64,000 bases of DNA from Gloeobacterales cyanobacterium (lineage in GTDB: Bacteria > Cyanobacteriota > Cyanobacteriia > Gloeobacterales > PMM-0068), in the NCBI GenBank assembly GCA_038245785.1, contig JBBRSB010000020.1, positions 1-64,000 on the forward strand, in the 5' to 3' direction. This document shows positions 43,413 to 52,558 of this stretch, piece by piece; the first letter of the stretch is position 1; each line of letters begins with the position of its first letter. Below the pieces are notes generated by a model. That model had not been told where the DNA came from, did no database searches, and worked only from the letters and a program-made list of their open reading frames with translations. The translations under genes were made by a program, and so were the position numbers.

Positions 43413-43499
43413 TGTTTTAGATTTTAATTTAATGAAATTTAGTCTAGCAAAAAATATCTCAACATCGGTGCTTCTTTAATAATTTTAATTCTTTTATTT

Positions 43500-43536
43500 A
43501 TTGCTTCCCTTCGGGGGAAGCTGAATTAATGAGAAC
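43500..43536 (+). repeat. Orphan CRISPR repeat at right edge of island
   Basis: ATTGCTTCCCTTCGGGGGAAGCTGAATTAATGAGAAC, first 17 nt perfect, 32/36 plus one G insertion. Confidence 0.9.
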
Positions 43537-43645
43537 TTAGTTATTAATTGAATAATAGTTTGCTATTAGTTAGTGATTAAATAAGTAGATAAAATAAGAT
43601 AATAACGGACACAATACCCATCTTGAACTGGGAGATGACTACACG

Positions 43646-44185
43646 ATGACTTTTACTTTTGAATCTGCTATTGAGGAAGCTCAAAGTCTCCTAGACTCAG
43701 AGAATTTAACAGAAGCAGAGCTAGTAGCTAGAACTAAAACGCTTCTAGAGACAGAGGTGGGTGCTCGGGGTTTATTTGTGGTCTATCTGACGGGAGATAC
43801 TCCCTTGGCAGACCAAGCTCCGGATTGGTTGCTCACCCTCTTAGCACAGGCTCCAGATTCAGCGTCTGAACTGTTGGTGAAAAATTTGGCAATGTCTACA
43901 GCAACAGGCCTTGCCCATGAAGCCCAAGGGAATCTAGAACAGGCTGATGGCTCTCGGCAAGTGGCACAGCGCACCACCGCACTCCTACAGGCTCTAAGTC
44001 ATCCTCCTTTTGGTCCTGTTCCCGCTTTGGAGCAAAGAAAAACGGCTATGCTTCAGACCCTAAAAGAAAAACAGGGAGTGTACAGTCCTTTCCTAGATCG
44101 TTGGGGCTATAATCCCGCTCAACGGGAAGCGATTGGTCGTGCGTTTCAAAACGTCACTGATCCCCCTAAGACGGATCTGGCTTGA
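43646..44185 (+). CDS. Conserved cyanobacterial hypothetical protein
   Basis: GARGLFVVYLT, LLVKNLAMSTA, FLDRWGY; GGAG RBS. Confidence 0.7.
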   Translation: MTFTFESAIEEAQSLLDSENLTEAELVARTKTLLETEVGARGLFVVYLTGDTPLADQAPDWLLTLLAQAPDSASELLVKNLAMSTATGLAHEAQGNLEQADGSRQVAQRTTALLQALSHPPFGPVPALEQRKTAMLQTLKEKQGVYSPFLDRWGYNPAQREAIGRAFQNVTDPPKTDLA

Positions 44186-44423
44186 ACAGGTCTGGATTGA
44201 TCAGGCTGTCGATGTCAGCAGGAGGCTCTACCACACCGCCTGAGGTATAGATGGCCGCCGTCTCCATAATCGTGTCCCAGTCCGTGTTGGTAATATACTC
44301 GCGGGCAGCCTTGGCTGATTCTAAATGGGGGCATTGGTCCCCTAAAACACAACCATTCACGCAGACTTCTGCACAATTCACCGTCTTGGGATCGGTCACT
44401 TGGATAACCTCTTTTTGAGTCAA
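44166..44423 (-). CDS. Small Cys-rich cyanobacterial protein
   Basis: VNCAEVCVNGCVLGDQCPH motif. Confidence 0.65.
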   Translation of the reverse strand: MTQKEVIQVTDPKTVNCAEVCVNGCVLGDQCPHLESAKAAREYITNTDWDTIMETAAIYTSGGVVEPPADIDSLINPDLFKPDPS

Positions 44424-44441
44424 CGCTATTTTGCCACGCTT

Positions 44442-44873
44442 TTAAATGTAGTACATCAACGTTGCTTGGCGGAGCACTCGATTCTCACAGAGATCTTTAA
44501 GACTGACAGTCCTGAGCGTTTTTTCTACCTGACAGGTTGCTTTAGTCCAGGCTTCGCGGATTAGGGTCAGTTCCAGGGTGGATTCCGTCGGAGTGGTTTG
44601 TTCACACTCTTCTCCTTCGATGGTTTCCATGATTTCCCATAGGCTAATGGCACTGGGAGACCGAGACAGAAGATACCCTCCCCGCGCCCCTCTCTGGCTT
44701 CTCACCAAACCTCTACGGCGTAAAGTTGCCAGCAGTTGTTCCAGATAACGGTCAGGAATATTTTGACGACTGGCTAATTCTTTTATCTGCAAAGGCTCGC
44801 CTGCTTCATAGGCAAGTGCCAATTCGAAGACAGCAAGCAGGGCATAGGTGCCACGGCTGGAAAGTTCGAGCAT
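44442..44873 (-). CDS. Rrf2 family transcriptional regulator
   Basis: YALLA, IPDRYLEQLL, VRSQRGARGGYLL. Confidence 0.92.
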   Translation of the reverse strand: MLELSSRGTYALLAVFELALAYEAGEPLQIKELASRQNIPDRYLEQLLATLRRRGLVRSQRGARGGYLLSRSPSAISLWEIMETIEGEECEQTTPTESTLELTLIREAWTKATCQVEKTLRTVSLKDLCENRVLRQATLMYYI

Positions 44874-45002
44874 GGGGCAATTATACCCCGCAAATCAAGT
44901 AGGGATTTAGGACTTGAGAGATTTGCTATCTTGGACACCGAAGCAAATTCATGGGGCTAGTGCCACACCTCATGGTACAACCCCGCTCAGCAGTACGACC
45001 TT

Positions 45003-46400
45003 ATGTTTGCAGCAGGACAAATTCTACAAGACCGATATCAACTGAAACAGAAGTTTCGACAAGGTGCACCAGGTCGCCAAACATGGTTAGCCACTGACTT
45101 ATCACTACAACCTCAGGAGGATGTAGTGATAAAACTTTTAGCCTTCACTTCTGATATGCAGTGGGATGATTTAAAGCTATTTGAACGAGAAGCCCAAGTG
45201 CTTCAAAATCTCAATCATCCTCAGATTCCTCACTATAGAGATCATTTTTCCATTGCAGGCTCAGAACTCAACTGGTGGGGTTTAGTGCAGGCTTATATTC
45301 CTGGCTATACGCTGCAAGGACTATTAAATCAGGGTAGAAAATTCAGTGAAACTGAACTTCGAAGAATTGCCAAAGAAGTTTTACAGATTTTGGGCTATCT
45401 TCACGGTTTACATCCTCCAGTTCTTCATCGTGATATAAAACCGAGTAACTTAATTCTGGGGGAAGATAAACAAATTTATCTTGTTGATTTCGGGTCAGTA
45501 CAAAACAAAATGGCTGTCACAGGAGCAACTTTCACGGTGGTTGGAACCAGTGGATATACTCCGTTAGAACAATTCGGTGGGAGAGCTATCCCAGGTTCTG
45601 ACCTCTATGCTTTAGGGGCAACCTTAATTCATCTACTTACAGGTGTTTCCCCCTCTGAATTGCCGCAACATAACTTGCGCATTCATTTCGCTGAGCAGCT
45701 GTCTAGCTACACAAATTTAGATGCAGGTTTTGTCCGTTGGATTGAAAAGTTAACGGAACCATCCTTAGAAAAACGCTTTTCTAGGGTGAAAGAAGCTCTT
45801 AGTACCCTTGGACATATCGCTGCAGTGGCGCCCTCTATGGTTTATGAAAATTTTGAAAAACCAGGAAACTCCATCATCGTTGGTAAAAAATCCAAGGCAG
45901 AATTAGAAATCTATTGCCCTAAAAAATCTTCTGCCACCAAGATTGCTGCTCTAGTTGGAGTTGCCTTTTTAGGCTTACTTGCTTATGCTCCAAGTACAGA
46001 GAGAGCGATTGTTAGCATTCTATTTGGAATTGGCGTTGTCGCCTATGTTAGTTTGCTTCTCAATTATTTATTTGCTCAGGACTCTCCCTTCAAAAAGTCC
46101 ACCTTCTTCGTCCATTTCGATGCTAAAAATAATAGATTTGAATACGGATGTGCAAAAAGTCTTACGCGTTTTGATGCTAAACACAACGGACTGCAGCAGG
46201 AATTTGGCACTATTTTAAAAATAGACCATGTATCCATATTTCAATATGTGCCTGAGGATGGCTCTGGTCCATTAACTTGGGGAGTAATAATACTTGGGGC
46301 TGAGCAGACCTATAAGTTGCAGTGGGGCTTGACCGAAAAAGAATCTATCTGGTTGGCTAATGAAATTCAATCTTGGATTAATTCTGTTGAGATTGGATAG
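45003..46400 (+). CDS. Membrane Ser/Thr protein kinase
   Basis: VVIKLL, LHRDIKPSN, LVDFG, GTSGYTPLEQ, SDLYALG; two TM segments after kinase domain. Confidence 0.92.
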   Translation: MFAAGQILQDRYQLKQKFRQGAPGRQTWLATDLSLQPQEDVVIKLLAFTSDMQWDDLKLFEREAQVLQNLNHPQIPHYRDHFSIAGSELNWWGLVQAYIPGYTLQGLLNQGRKFSETELRRIAKEVLQILGYLHGLHPPVLHRDIKPSNLILGEDKQIYLVDFGSVQNKMAVTGATFTVVGTSGYTPLEQFGGRAIPGSDLYALGATLIHLLTGVSPSELPQHNLRIHFAEQLSSYTNLDAGFVRWIEKLTEPSLEKRFSRVKEALSTLGHIAAVAPSMVYENFEKPGNSIIVGKKSKAELEIYCPKKSSATKIAALVGVAFLGLLAYAPSTERAIVSILFGIGVVAYVSLLLNYLFAQDSPFKKSTFFVHFDAKNNRFEYGCAKSLTRFDAKHNGLQQEFGTILKIDHVSIFQYVPEDGSGPLTWGVIILGAEQTYKLQWGLTEKESIWLANEIQSWINSVEIG

Positions 46401-46506
46401 TGTTGCCTCGCGCGCTTGCTAAAGGTCTAGCTTATTAAAAGCATTTCCCCTTTCGCTATAGGACGATGGATATGGCAGTCTTAAAGACACCCCTGTATTC
46501 CTCACC

Positions 46507-47619
46507 ATGTTTTTGCGACAACTCCACCTCCGCAATTTTCGTAACTACCTTGACCAGGTGGTGGATTTTGGCGCGCCTAAAACGATTGTGCTAGGCGAAA
46601 ATGCTCAGGGTAAATCTAATCTTCTTGAATCTGTTCAGCTTTTAGCCACAGGCCGTACCTATCGCATCAGCAGAGACCGGGAGCTGGTTTTACAGCAAAA
46701 AGACCAGGGCAAAATTTCAGCAATGGTCGAGCGGGCCGGAAGTTTAATTGAACTGGATTTGCTGCTGCGGATTAATGGACGGCGTACGGCCAGGATTAAC
46801 GGCACGACCCAACGGCGCGTGTCAGATTTGCTCGGTCAGATCAATGCCGTTTGTTTTTCAAGTCTGGATTTGGATCTGGTGCGGGGTGGGCCAGAATCAC
46901 GTAGAGATTGGTTAGATGGCGTCTTGGTCCAACTAGAGCCTCTCTATATCCATCTTCTGGAGCAATATCGGCGGGTTCTACAACAGCGAAATTCGCTTTT
47001 GAAACAGGCGGTGGATCATCCTCCTTCGACCGACGAACTAGCCCTTTGGGATGCGCAACTAGTGACTACTGGAGTTGCAATTGCGCGGCGGCGAGCACGG
47101 CTCATCAACCGCTTGGCTCCGATGGCGATTCAGTGGCATACGGCGATCAGTGGCGGTCGGGAAATCTTACGAGTAAGCTATAGCCCAAAAATTCCGATGC
47201 TTTCTGATGAACCCGCTCAGCTTCAACAAGACTTTCTTGCAGCGATTGAGGAGAAGAAAAAATTAGAACTGATGCGAGGGACTTCTTTGATTGGTCCACA
47301 TCGAGATGAAGTAGAACTTTTTATTGATGACACACCCGCTCGCCTTTTTGGTTCTCAAGGACAGCAGCGGACGCTGGTTCTCGCCCTCAAACTGGCAGAA
47401 CTGGCTTTGATTGAGTCTGTGGCAGGGGAACCGCCTTTATTGTTGTTGGATGACGTGTTGGCAGAACTGGACCTCAATCGCCAGAACCAACTCCTCGATG
47501 CGATTGGTGACCGCGTACAGACCATTGTTACCACGACCCATCTGGGCGCTTTTGATAGTAATTGGTTGAAATCGGCTGAAATTTTTACAGTTAAAGCAGG
47601 GGTTGTCAGTCCTGGATGA
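46507..47619 (+). CDS. recF: DNA replication/repair protein RecF
   Basis: NFRNY, GENAQGKSNLLE, GPHRDE, GSQGQQR, LLLDDVLAELD. Confidence 0.97.
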   Translation: MFLRQLHLRNFRNYLDQVVDFGAPKTIVLGENAQGKSNLLESVQLLATGRTYRISRDRELVLQQKDQGKISAMVERAGSLIELDLLLRINGRRTARINGTTQRRVSDLLGQINAVCFSSLDLDLVRGGPESRRDWLDGVLVQLEPLYIHLLEQYRRVLQQRNSLLKQAVDHPPSTDELALWDAQLVTTGVAIARRRARLINRLAPMAIQWHTAISGGREILRVSYSPKIPMLSDEPAQLQQDFLAAIEEKKKLELMRGTSLIGPHRDEVELFIDDTPARLFGSQGQQRTLVLALKLAELALIESVAGEPPLLLLDDVLAELDLNRQNQLLDAIGDRVQTIVTTTHLGAFDSNWLKSAEIFTVKAGVVSPG

Positions 47620-47678
47620 TTTTGTTAGCAGAGGCATCGTTAAAATAGTGAAACGGAAACTCTCCAGGAGAGCGTGCT

Positions 47679-47765
47679 ATGCCGAAAATTACCCTTTAAG
47701 TCTCAGAAGAACTCTCTAAACAATTAGCTCAACTAGGCTACCGTCTCCCTGAGCTATTAGACGGG
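47679..47765 (+). pseudogene. Remnant of small antitoxin-like gene
   Basis: AGGAG RBS, MPKITL*VSEELSKQLAQLGYRLPELL with internal TAA. Confidence 0.45.
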
Positions 47766-47817
47766 GATACAATGGACACAGCAATTCAGACCGTTTAATC
47801 GTTGACGGCTCTAAACT

Positions 47818-48069
47818 ATGCAATCTGCGTTACACATCACTACCAAAGTGTTACCCGGAAATCGGGTCGAAATTCAGCTTCCTTCCGGCTCCGAAGGGCA
47901 AGAAGTGAATGTATTCATTGTTTTGTCAACGGCAGCCTTACCGCTAAACCCACAAAATCGGACTGACCAGCTGGCCAAAATGGCTGAAGATTCCGATATT
48001 CAGTCAGAGCTGGCTGCAATCAATGCCGACTTTGCGATCGCTCAAATGGATGGCCTAGGCATTGAATGA
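47818..48069 (+). CDS. Putative antitoxin
   Basis: 83 aa, ATGA overlap with downstream MazF-like toxin. Confidence 0.7.
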   Translation: MQSALHITTKVLPGNRVEIQLPSGSEGQEVNVFIVLSTAALPLNPQNRTDQLAKMAEDSDIQSELAAINADFAIAQMDGLGIE

Positions 48070-48413
48070 GTATTCAGCGAGGACAGATTTATTTTGTCAA
48101 CCTCAACCCAGTCCAAGGGCGAGAACAGGCTGGGCAAAGACCCGTTTTAGTCTTCTCGATCAATGAAATCAATGCGTTACCGCTGGTTGTTACCGTAATC
48201 GTGGGTACAAAAGGTGCCAATATCCGCCAAAACTACCCAACCAACGTGCGAGTTGCACCAGAAGACAGTGGATTATCCTTAGAAACCGTGTTCCTCTGCT
48301 TTCAAATTCGATCCCTAGATCCCAAACGGTTTACGCAACAGCCAGCCGGAATATTGATCGCAACCAAAATGGTAGAAGTTGAAACCGCCGTCCGATATTG
48401 TCTAGCACTGTAA
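48066..48413 (+). CDS. MazF/PemK family toxin
   Basis: RGQIYFVNLNPVQGREQAGQRPVLV, FQIRSLD. Confidence 0.9.
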   Translation: MSIQRGQIYFVNLNPVQGREQAGQRPVLVFSINEINALPLVVTVIVGTKGANIRQNYPTNVRVAPEDSGLSLETVFLCFQIRSLDPKRFTQQPAGILIATKMVEVETAVRYCLAL

Positions 48414-48445
48414 CGTCTGATTCCGTCAGCGGTGACGAGACATCG

Positions 48446-48901
48446 TTAGAAATCTACTAACTGTTTGGTCATGAGGATACGCTCATGGCTTTGATAGCCA
48501 GTTCTGTGATAGAGACGCTGGGCATCAGGATTTTTAAAATCTACTTCTAAATGAAGTGCTTGCACACCCGAAACTCGGCAGGCATCCTCTGCAAAGGCTA
48601 ACGTCTTGGTTCCAATTCCTTGTTGCCGATATGGGGGAGAAAGATAAAACTCATCGAGAAAGGCATCTCGTCCCCGGTATTCAAGGCTATAGCCGAAAGT
48701 CACCATGATATAACCAATCACTTCGCTCCCTAGCTGAATCAACCACAATTGCCCTAAAGATGTGTCAGACAAGAAATTTGCGAGAACCTCACGATCGATG
48801 GTTTCATCGAAGGGCAACTGCTCAGTTTCATGGAATTTCCTTACCAATTCCAGCAAGATGGGGAGATCTGAGATCGCTGCAACTCGATAGTTAATAGTCA
48901 C
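48446..48901 (-). CDS. GNAT family acetyltransferase
   Basis: FLDEFYL.PPYRQQGIGTK, LHLEV...N..AQRLY. Confidence 0.88.
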   Translation of the reverse strand: MTINYRVAAISDLPILLELVRKFHETEQLPFDETIDREVLANFLSDTSLGQLWLIQLGSEVIGYIMVTFGYSLEYRGRDAFLDEFYLSPPYRQQGIGTKTLAFAEDACRVSGVQALHLEVDFKNPDAQRLYHRTGYQSHERILMTKQLVDF

Positions 48902-48959
48902 CTCATACCCTCTCTATGCAACAAGTAATCAGCCTTTTACTCCGCGCTGTACTGGCACA

Positions 48960-49285
48960 TTACGAAAGATCAGGACCAGCATCCTGGTGGCGCGGAAGCT
49001 GATCTACTGTATCAAACCAAGAAATTTGACTTTGAGTCCAGATGTGGTACTCCGGTTTGAGCATCACTGGATCATCCAGACTGGCAATTGTGACGTCAAT
49101 AGTGGTAGCGTCCTCAACCTTTTGGAAGGCGATTTGAGTGCCACAAATACCACAAAATTCCCGCTGGCTCTGGGGAGAGGATAGATAGACTAATGGCTTC
49201 CCTTTTATATAAGTGAACGCTTTAATCGGGAACGTTGCCCATGCCAAAACGGGCGCACCTGCTGAGCGCTGACAACTGCGATTTT
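48960..49285 (-). pseudogene. 5'-truncated GFA (CENP-V) family gene
   Basis: RSCQRSAGAPVLAW...REFCGICGT...PEYHIW; N-terminal Cys motifs missing. Confidence 0.7.
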
Positions 49286-49300
49286 CTTTTCCCTACATCA

Positions 49301-49597
49301 TCAAACCTTTTTATCTTTATCGGGCAAAACTGAGAGCGCCACCGCTGCAAAGGATTCGAGTGTTTTGCGATCGGTTTGTATATATGTGAGAACTAAAAGC
49401 CCCTGAAAGCTCGTCAGTAGGTGTATTGACAATAAGTGTGCATCCTCTGCCGATAAAACGACTATGCGAGCAGCGAGACGAGCGAAACCGTCCTGAGTAA
49501 GTTGAAAGCCTCGACGAACTTGGGTAGCGCTCTCCGGATTAGTTAAGCCGATTTCGATCGCGGTGTTGGTAAGGATGCAGGCACGTCCATCTTGCAA
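49301..49597 (-). pseudogene. TetR-family C-terminal fragment
   Basis: GRACILTNTAIE...LLTSFQGLLVL; no HTH N-terminus in frame. Confidence 0.55.
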
Positions 49598-49749
49598 CGA
49601 ATAATCAATAGCAGAGTGGAAGAACCACCGAATGCCGTCTTCCGGAGATTCAAATCCACAGGCACTCGCGTTTGTGCAAAAACTGGCGTACCACTCATCA
49701 CATCTGGTGTTGCAGTCATGATTTTAGGCTAAGTAGTTCTCTAAGAAGT

Positions 49750-50085
49750 TTACGCTCTGTCTTTCTTCAGGCGCTCTAATTCTTCATCAAATTCATCCGT
49801 AGCCTCTGTCAAAAGTTTGAGGTCTGGATTCTCAGGATTGGCGAGGCGGGCGGGGAGAATGGCCACAATATCTTCTACTTCTACGTGCCCTTTTACCCTG
49901 GCCCGTTCCATAAGCGCTTCGATGAATTTACGGGCCTCCTCTGCGGATAAAAGTCCTCGTGCAATCAGTTCATCAAGGAGGGGTTGGGCCCTGGCTAGCA
50001 AGTTTTCTAACCGTACTCCGACCAAGGCAGCCAGCCCTAAACCTAAGAGCAAAGTTCGGTGAGCGATAGTCTTGAGTTCATCCAT
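49750..50085 (-). CDS. Phasin-like/coiled-coil cyanobacterial protein
   Basis: LLLGLGLA, LDELIARG.LSAEEARKFIE. Confidence 0.65.
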   Translation of the reverse strand: MDELKTIAHRTLLLGLGLAALVGVRLENLLARAQPLLDELIARGLLSAEEARKFIEALMERARVKGHVEVEDIVAILPARLANPENPDLKLLTEATDEFDEELERLKKDRA

Positions 50086-50183
50086 AGGGAATAAGCATAC
50101 ACGTCAGTTCTAGTCTGGCAGTTTTTTGGATGTCGCAGACATAGGAATGCTTGAGTTAGATTAGAAAAAACCTGAGGTCGACT

Positions 50184-50384
50184 ATGTTTCCTTTAGAAGC
50201 GTTCTACAACTCCTGTTACGGTTCAGAGCCTCCTTCTCGCAAGGCACGTCTGCAGCGCAAACTCAAGTTCCTGAAGCGCATGAAAGATGGCTTAGAAACC
50301 CGTCTATCGGCTGTAGATGCAGCGATTGGCACCGTCGAGCGGCAAATTGGTGAGGAAGATAGCACCGATGCTGCTTCTGCTTAA
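50184..50384 (+). CDS. Small coiled-coil hypothetical protein
   Basis: GAGG RBS; LETRLSAVDAAI..VERQI. Confidence 0.6.
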   Translation: MFPLEAFYNSCYGSEPPSRKARLQRKLKFLKRMKDGLETRLSAVDAAIGTVERQIGEEDSTDAASA

Positions 50385-50398
50385 CGTTGGAAGCGTGC

Positions 50399-51049
50399 CT
50401 AGCTCCTGGGAGCAGCCATCACAATCGCTCCCAGGACAGGCACGTTGTCATCCATGAGAACGGCTTGAATCTCATTCAGCGTAGCGCCCGTAGTGTAGAT
50501 ATCGTCTAGGAGCAAAACGCCTGTATTTTGCAATTTACCACTTCCTTTCCAGAGGAAAGCTTGCTTTAGGTTCTCTTGACGAGCCCTAGGAGAAAGCCCA
50601 AACTGAGCCTGAGTGTCACGCCTACGCACTAAGCTCTGCGTATCCAGGGTATATCCAGTCCAACGACAAAAAGATTGCCCTAATAATTCTGTTTGGTTGT
50701 AGCCCCGCGTCTTGCGTCTTTCTACAGAAATAGGCACAGGTACTACCCGCACGTTCTTGATCCCCAACTGCTCAGTTTGTTCAAAAGCTTGCCACCAAGC
50801 CCCTAATTTGTTTCCCAAGAAAAAACCGATATCTTTTCGACCCTGGTATTTCACCAGCGAAAGCAGATGCTCTAAAGTGCCGTAGTATTCTCCCCACGCC
50901 CATAATTTCATCGGGTGTGTCTGCACCAACGCTGTAGCTCTTTGCTCCGAGTCCAAGGCTTTCAAGCAATAAGCACATAAAGCTTCAGGAGATGAACGCT
51001 GGCAGAGGGCACAGGTATTTCGCGCCAGGAGCTTGACCAGAGGCTGCAT
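50399..51049 (-). CDS. comF: ComF family phosphoribosyltransferase-like protein
   Basis: CALC..CAYC, VPVP, RGYNQ, LLLDDIYTTGATL. Confidence 0.92.
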   Translation of the reverse strand: MQPLVKLLARNTCALCQRSSPEALCAYCLKALDSEQRATALVQTHPMKLWAWGEYYGTLEHLLSLVKYQGRKDIGFFLGNKLGAWWQAFEQTEQLGIKNVRVVPVPISVERRKTRGYNQTELLGQSFCRWTGYTLDTQSLVRRRDTQAQFGLSPRARQENLKQAFLWKGSGKLQNTGVLLLDDIYTTGATLNEIQAVLMDDNVPVLGAIVMAAPRS

Positions 51050-51076
51050 GTCTATATCTATTAATGATTCGCTGCA

Positions 51077-51763
51077 CTACATCATCATCGCGCCAATCAG
51101 GAAAATACCATTGACCAGAAGCGTATTCAAAACAGCACCACTGAAGGCCCACCAGTGAGGCTTATCCGAGCGCAAACCGAGTAACCCAATTACTAATAAA
51201 GACGCAACAATCAGACCAGCCCAGGCAAAGCTCAGAGGAGTATTCATCTGCCCCAGCGCCCCTTCCATGATTGGAGCAATATCGCCCTGCTCGTTTTGCA
51301 TCATCTGCGTCCACCATTCGGGTAGACCAGCACCAAAGATATAAACATCGGTCAAAGCTGTGCCGATGAAGGAACCGAGAAAGAATAAACTGCCAATTCT
51401 CAAACGGGGGAAAGTAAGGGCCAACAGGGCAATGGGAACGCCTAGGGCTTCGATAGGAAGATGCAGATAGGGATTGGTACGCAGCCACCCCCAGTAAAGG
51501 GTGCCGCACCACCAGCTCAAGGTGAATCCAAAAAGCAAGGAACCCCAAAGTTCCTGCTTACGCTTTAAAAGATAAATACTCGACAGCATCCAAAAGAGCG
51601 TTAGCGCCAGGCTCACGCCAGGGGCAAGACGGACAAGCGGCGCTTGAAAAAAGACAGGGACCGATACCAGGAAAGCTCCAGCCAGGAAAGCTACAGTATT
51701 CGGAGACCAGGCAATAGCTTTGGTCTTGGCTTTTCTAGGAGTAAGGAGAGAGAAAGTAGACAA
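51077..51763 (-). CDS. DUF3120 membrane protein
   Basis: FLVSVPVFFQAPLVR, YWGWLR.NP.LHLPIEA. Confidence 0.8.
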   Translation of the reverse strand: MSTFSLLTPRKAKTKAIAWSPNTVAFLAGAFLVSVPVFFQAPLVRLAPGVSLALTLFWMLSSIYLLKRKQELWGSLLFGFTLSWWCGTLYWGWLRTNPYLHLPIEALGVPIALLALTFPRLRIGSLFFLGSFIGTALTDVYIFGAGLPEWWTQMMQNEQGDIAPIMEGALGQMNTPLSFAWAGLIVASLLVIGLLGLRSDKPHWWAFSGAVLNTLLVNGIFLIGAMMM

Positions 51764-51832
51764 AATAATTTCTTAAAATAGCTTCGCACATCTTAACATA
51801 TCTAGTCATATTGAGCATGGTAGTTTACATTT

Positions 51833-52534
51833 ATGGCCTCAGAACTTCCTCGGAGTCTGGCGAGCACAGGATATCAAGTACAGCAGGCAATCAAAGCGGC
51901 CCTTGCTGATGGTCATTCCTTGCTGCAAGTAGACATTCAAAACCAACGCACTACTTCAGTGGATCTGACACGACCTCTGCTAGAAGCTCTGCCAGAGCCA
52001 GTTTCTATTCTGTTTGCAACGGGTACGGCGGGATTGGCAGAAGAGCGTTGGGCTACTGTTCCCCCCGATTGTCAACTTATCGATGTGGGACTTCGGGACA
52101 GACTTCTGCGCAAAAATTGGAAAACCTTAGTGCTTGTGGATGGCAGTTCGATCGACCTGCCTGTTCTTGATGAAATCATGCAACCTGCCCGTAAGCGGCC
52201 TGTTCTGATTGTCAATAATTGGCCTGAAGCTCCTGGGACGATCGGGACAGGCCGAGGAAGCTCAAAAAAGCGCAAAGAGTTCCGTGAGAAAGTAGAAGTC
52301 ATCTACTATCTCCAGGCAACCCGTTATGTTCCCCTTATCATTTCTCGTCAATATCCAGGCCCCTGGTGCATCTGGGAAGAACAAGGTTCAGGAGCCTATA
52401 GATTACTAGAAGAATTCACCAATCCTCCTACGACCAAAGATTTGAAACGCTGGAGCAGCAAAGTTCCTTTTCCTGGCCCGATTAAAATCTGGGACCATTT
52501 TTGGGGCGGCCCTAATTTCTTTCGCTCCTGGTAA
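51833..52534 (+). CDS. DUF1995-like hypothetical protein
   Basis: ELPRSL, AALADG, YYLQ, RQYPGPW. Confidence 0.55.
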   Translation: MASELPRSLASTGYQVQQAIKAALADGHSLLQVDIQNQRTTSVDLTRPLLEALPEPVSILFATGTAGLAEERWATVPPDCQLIDVGLRDRLLRKNWKTLVLVDGSSIDLPVLDEIMQPARKRPVLIVNNWPEAPGTIGTGRGSSKKRKEFREKVEVIYYLQATRYVPLIISRQYPGPWCIWEEQGSGAYRLLEEFTNPPTTKDLKRWSSKVPFPGPIKIWDHFWGGPNFFRSW

Positions 52535-52558
52535 ATTTTCCTAGCAACTAACCTTCAT

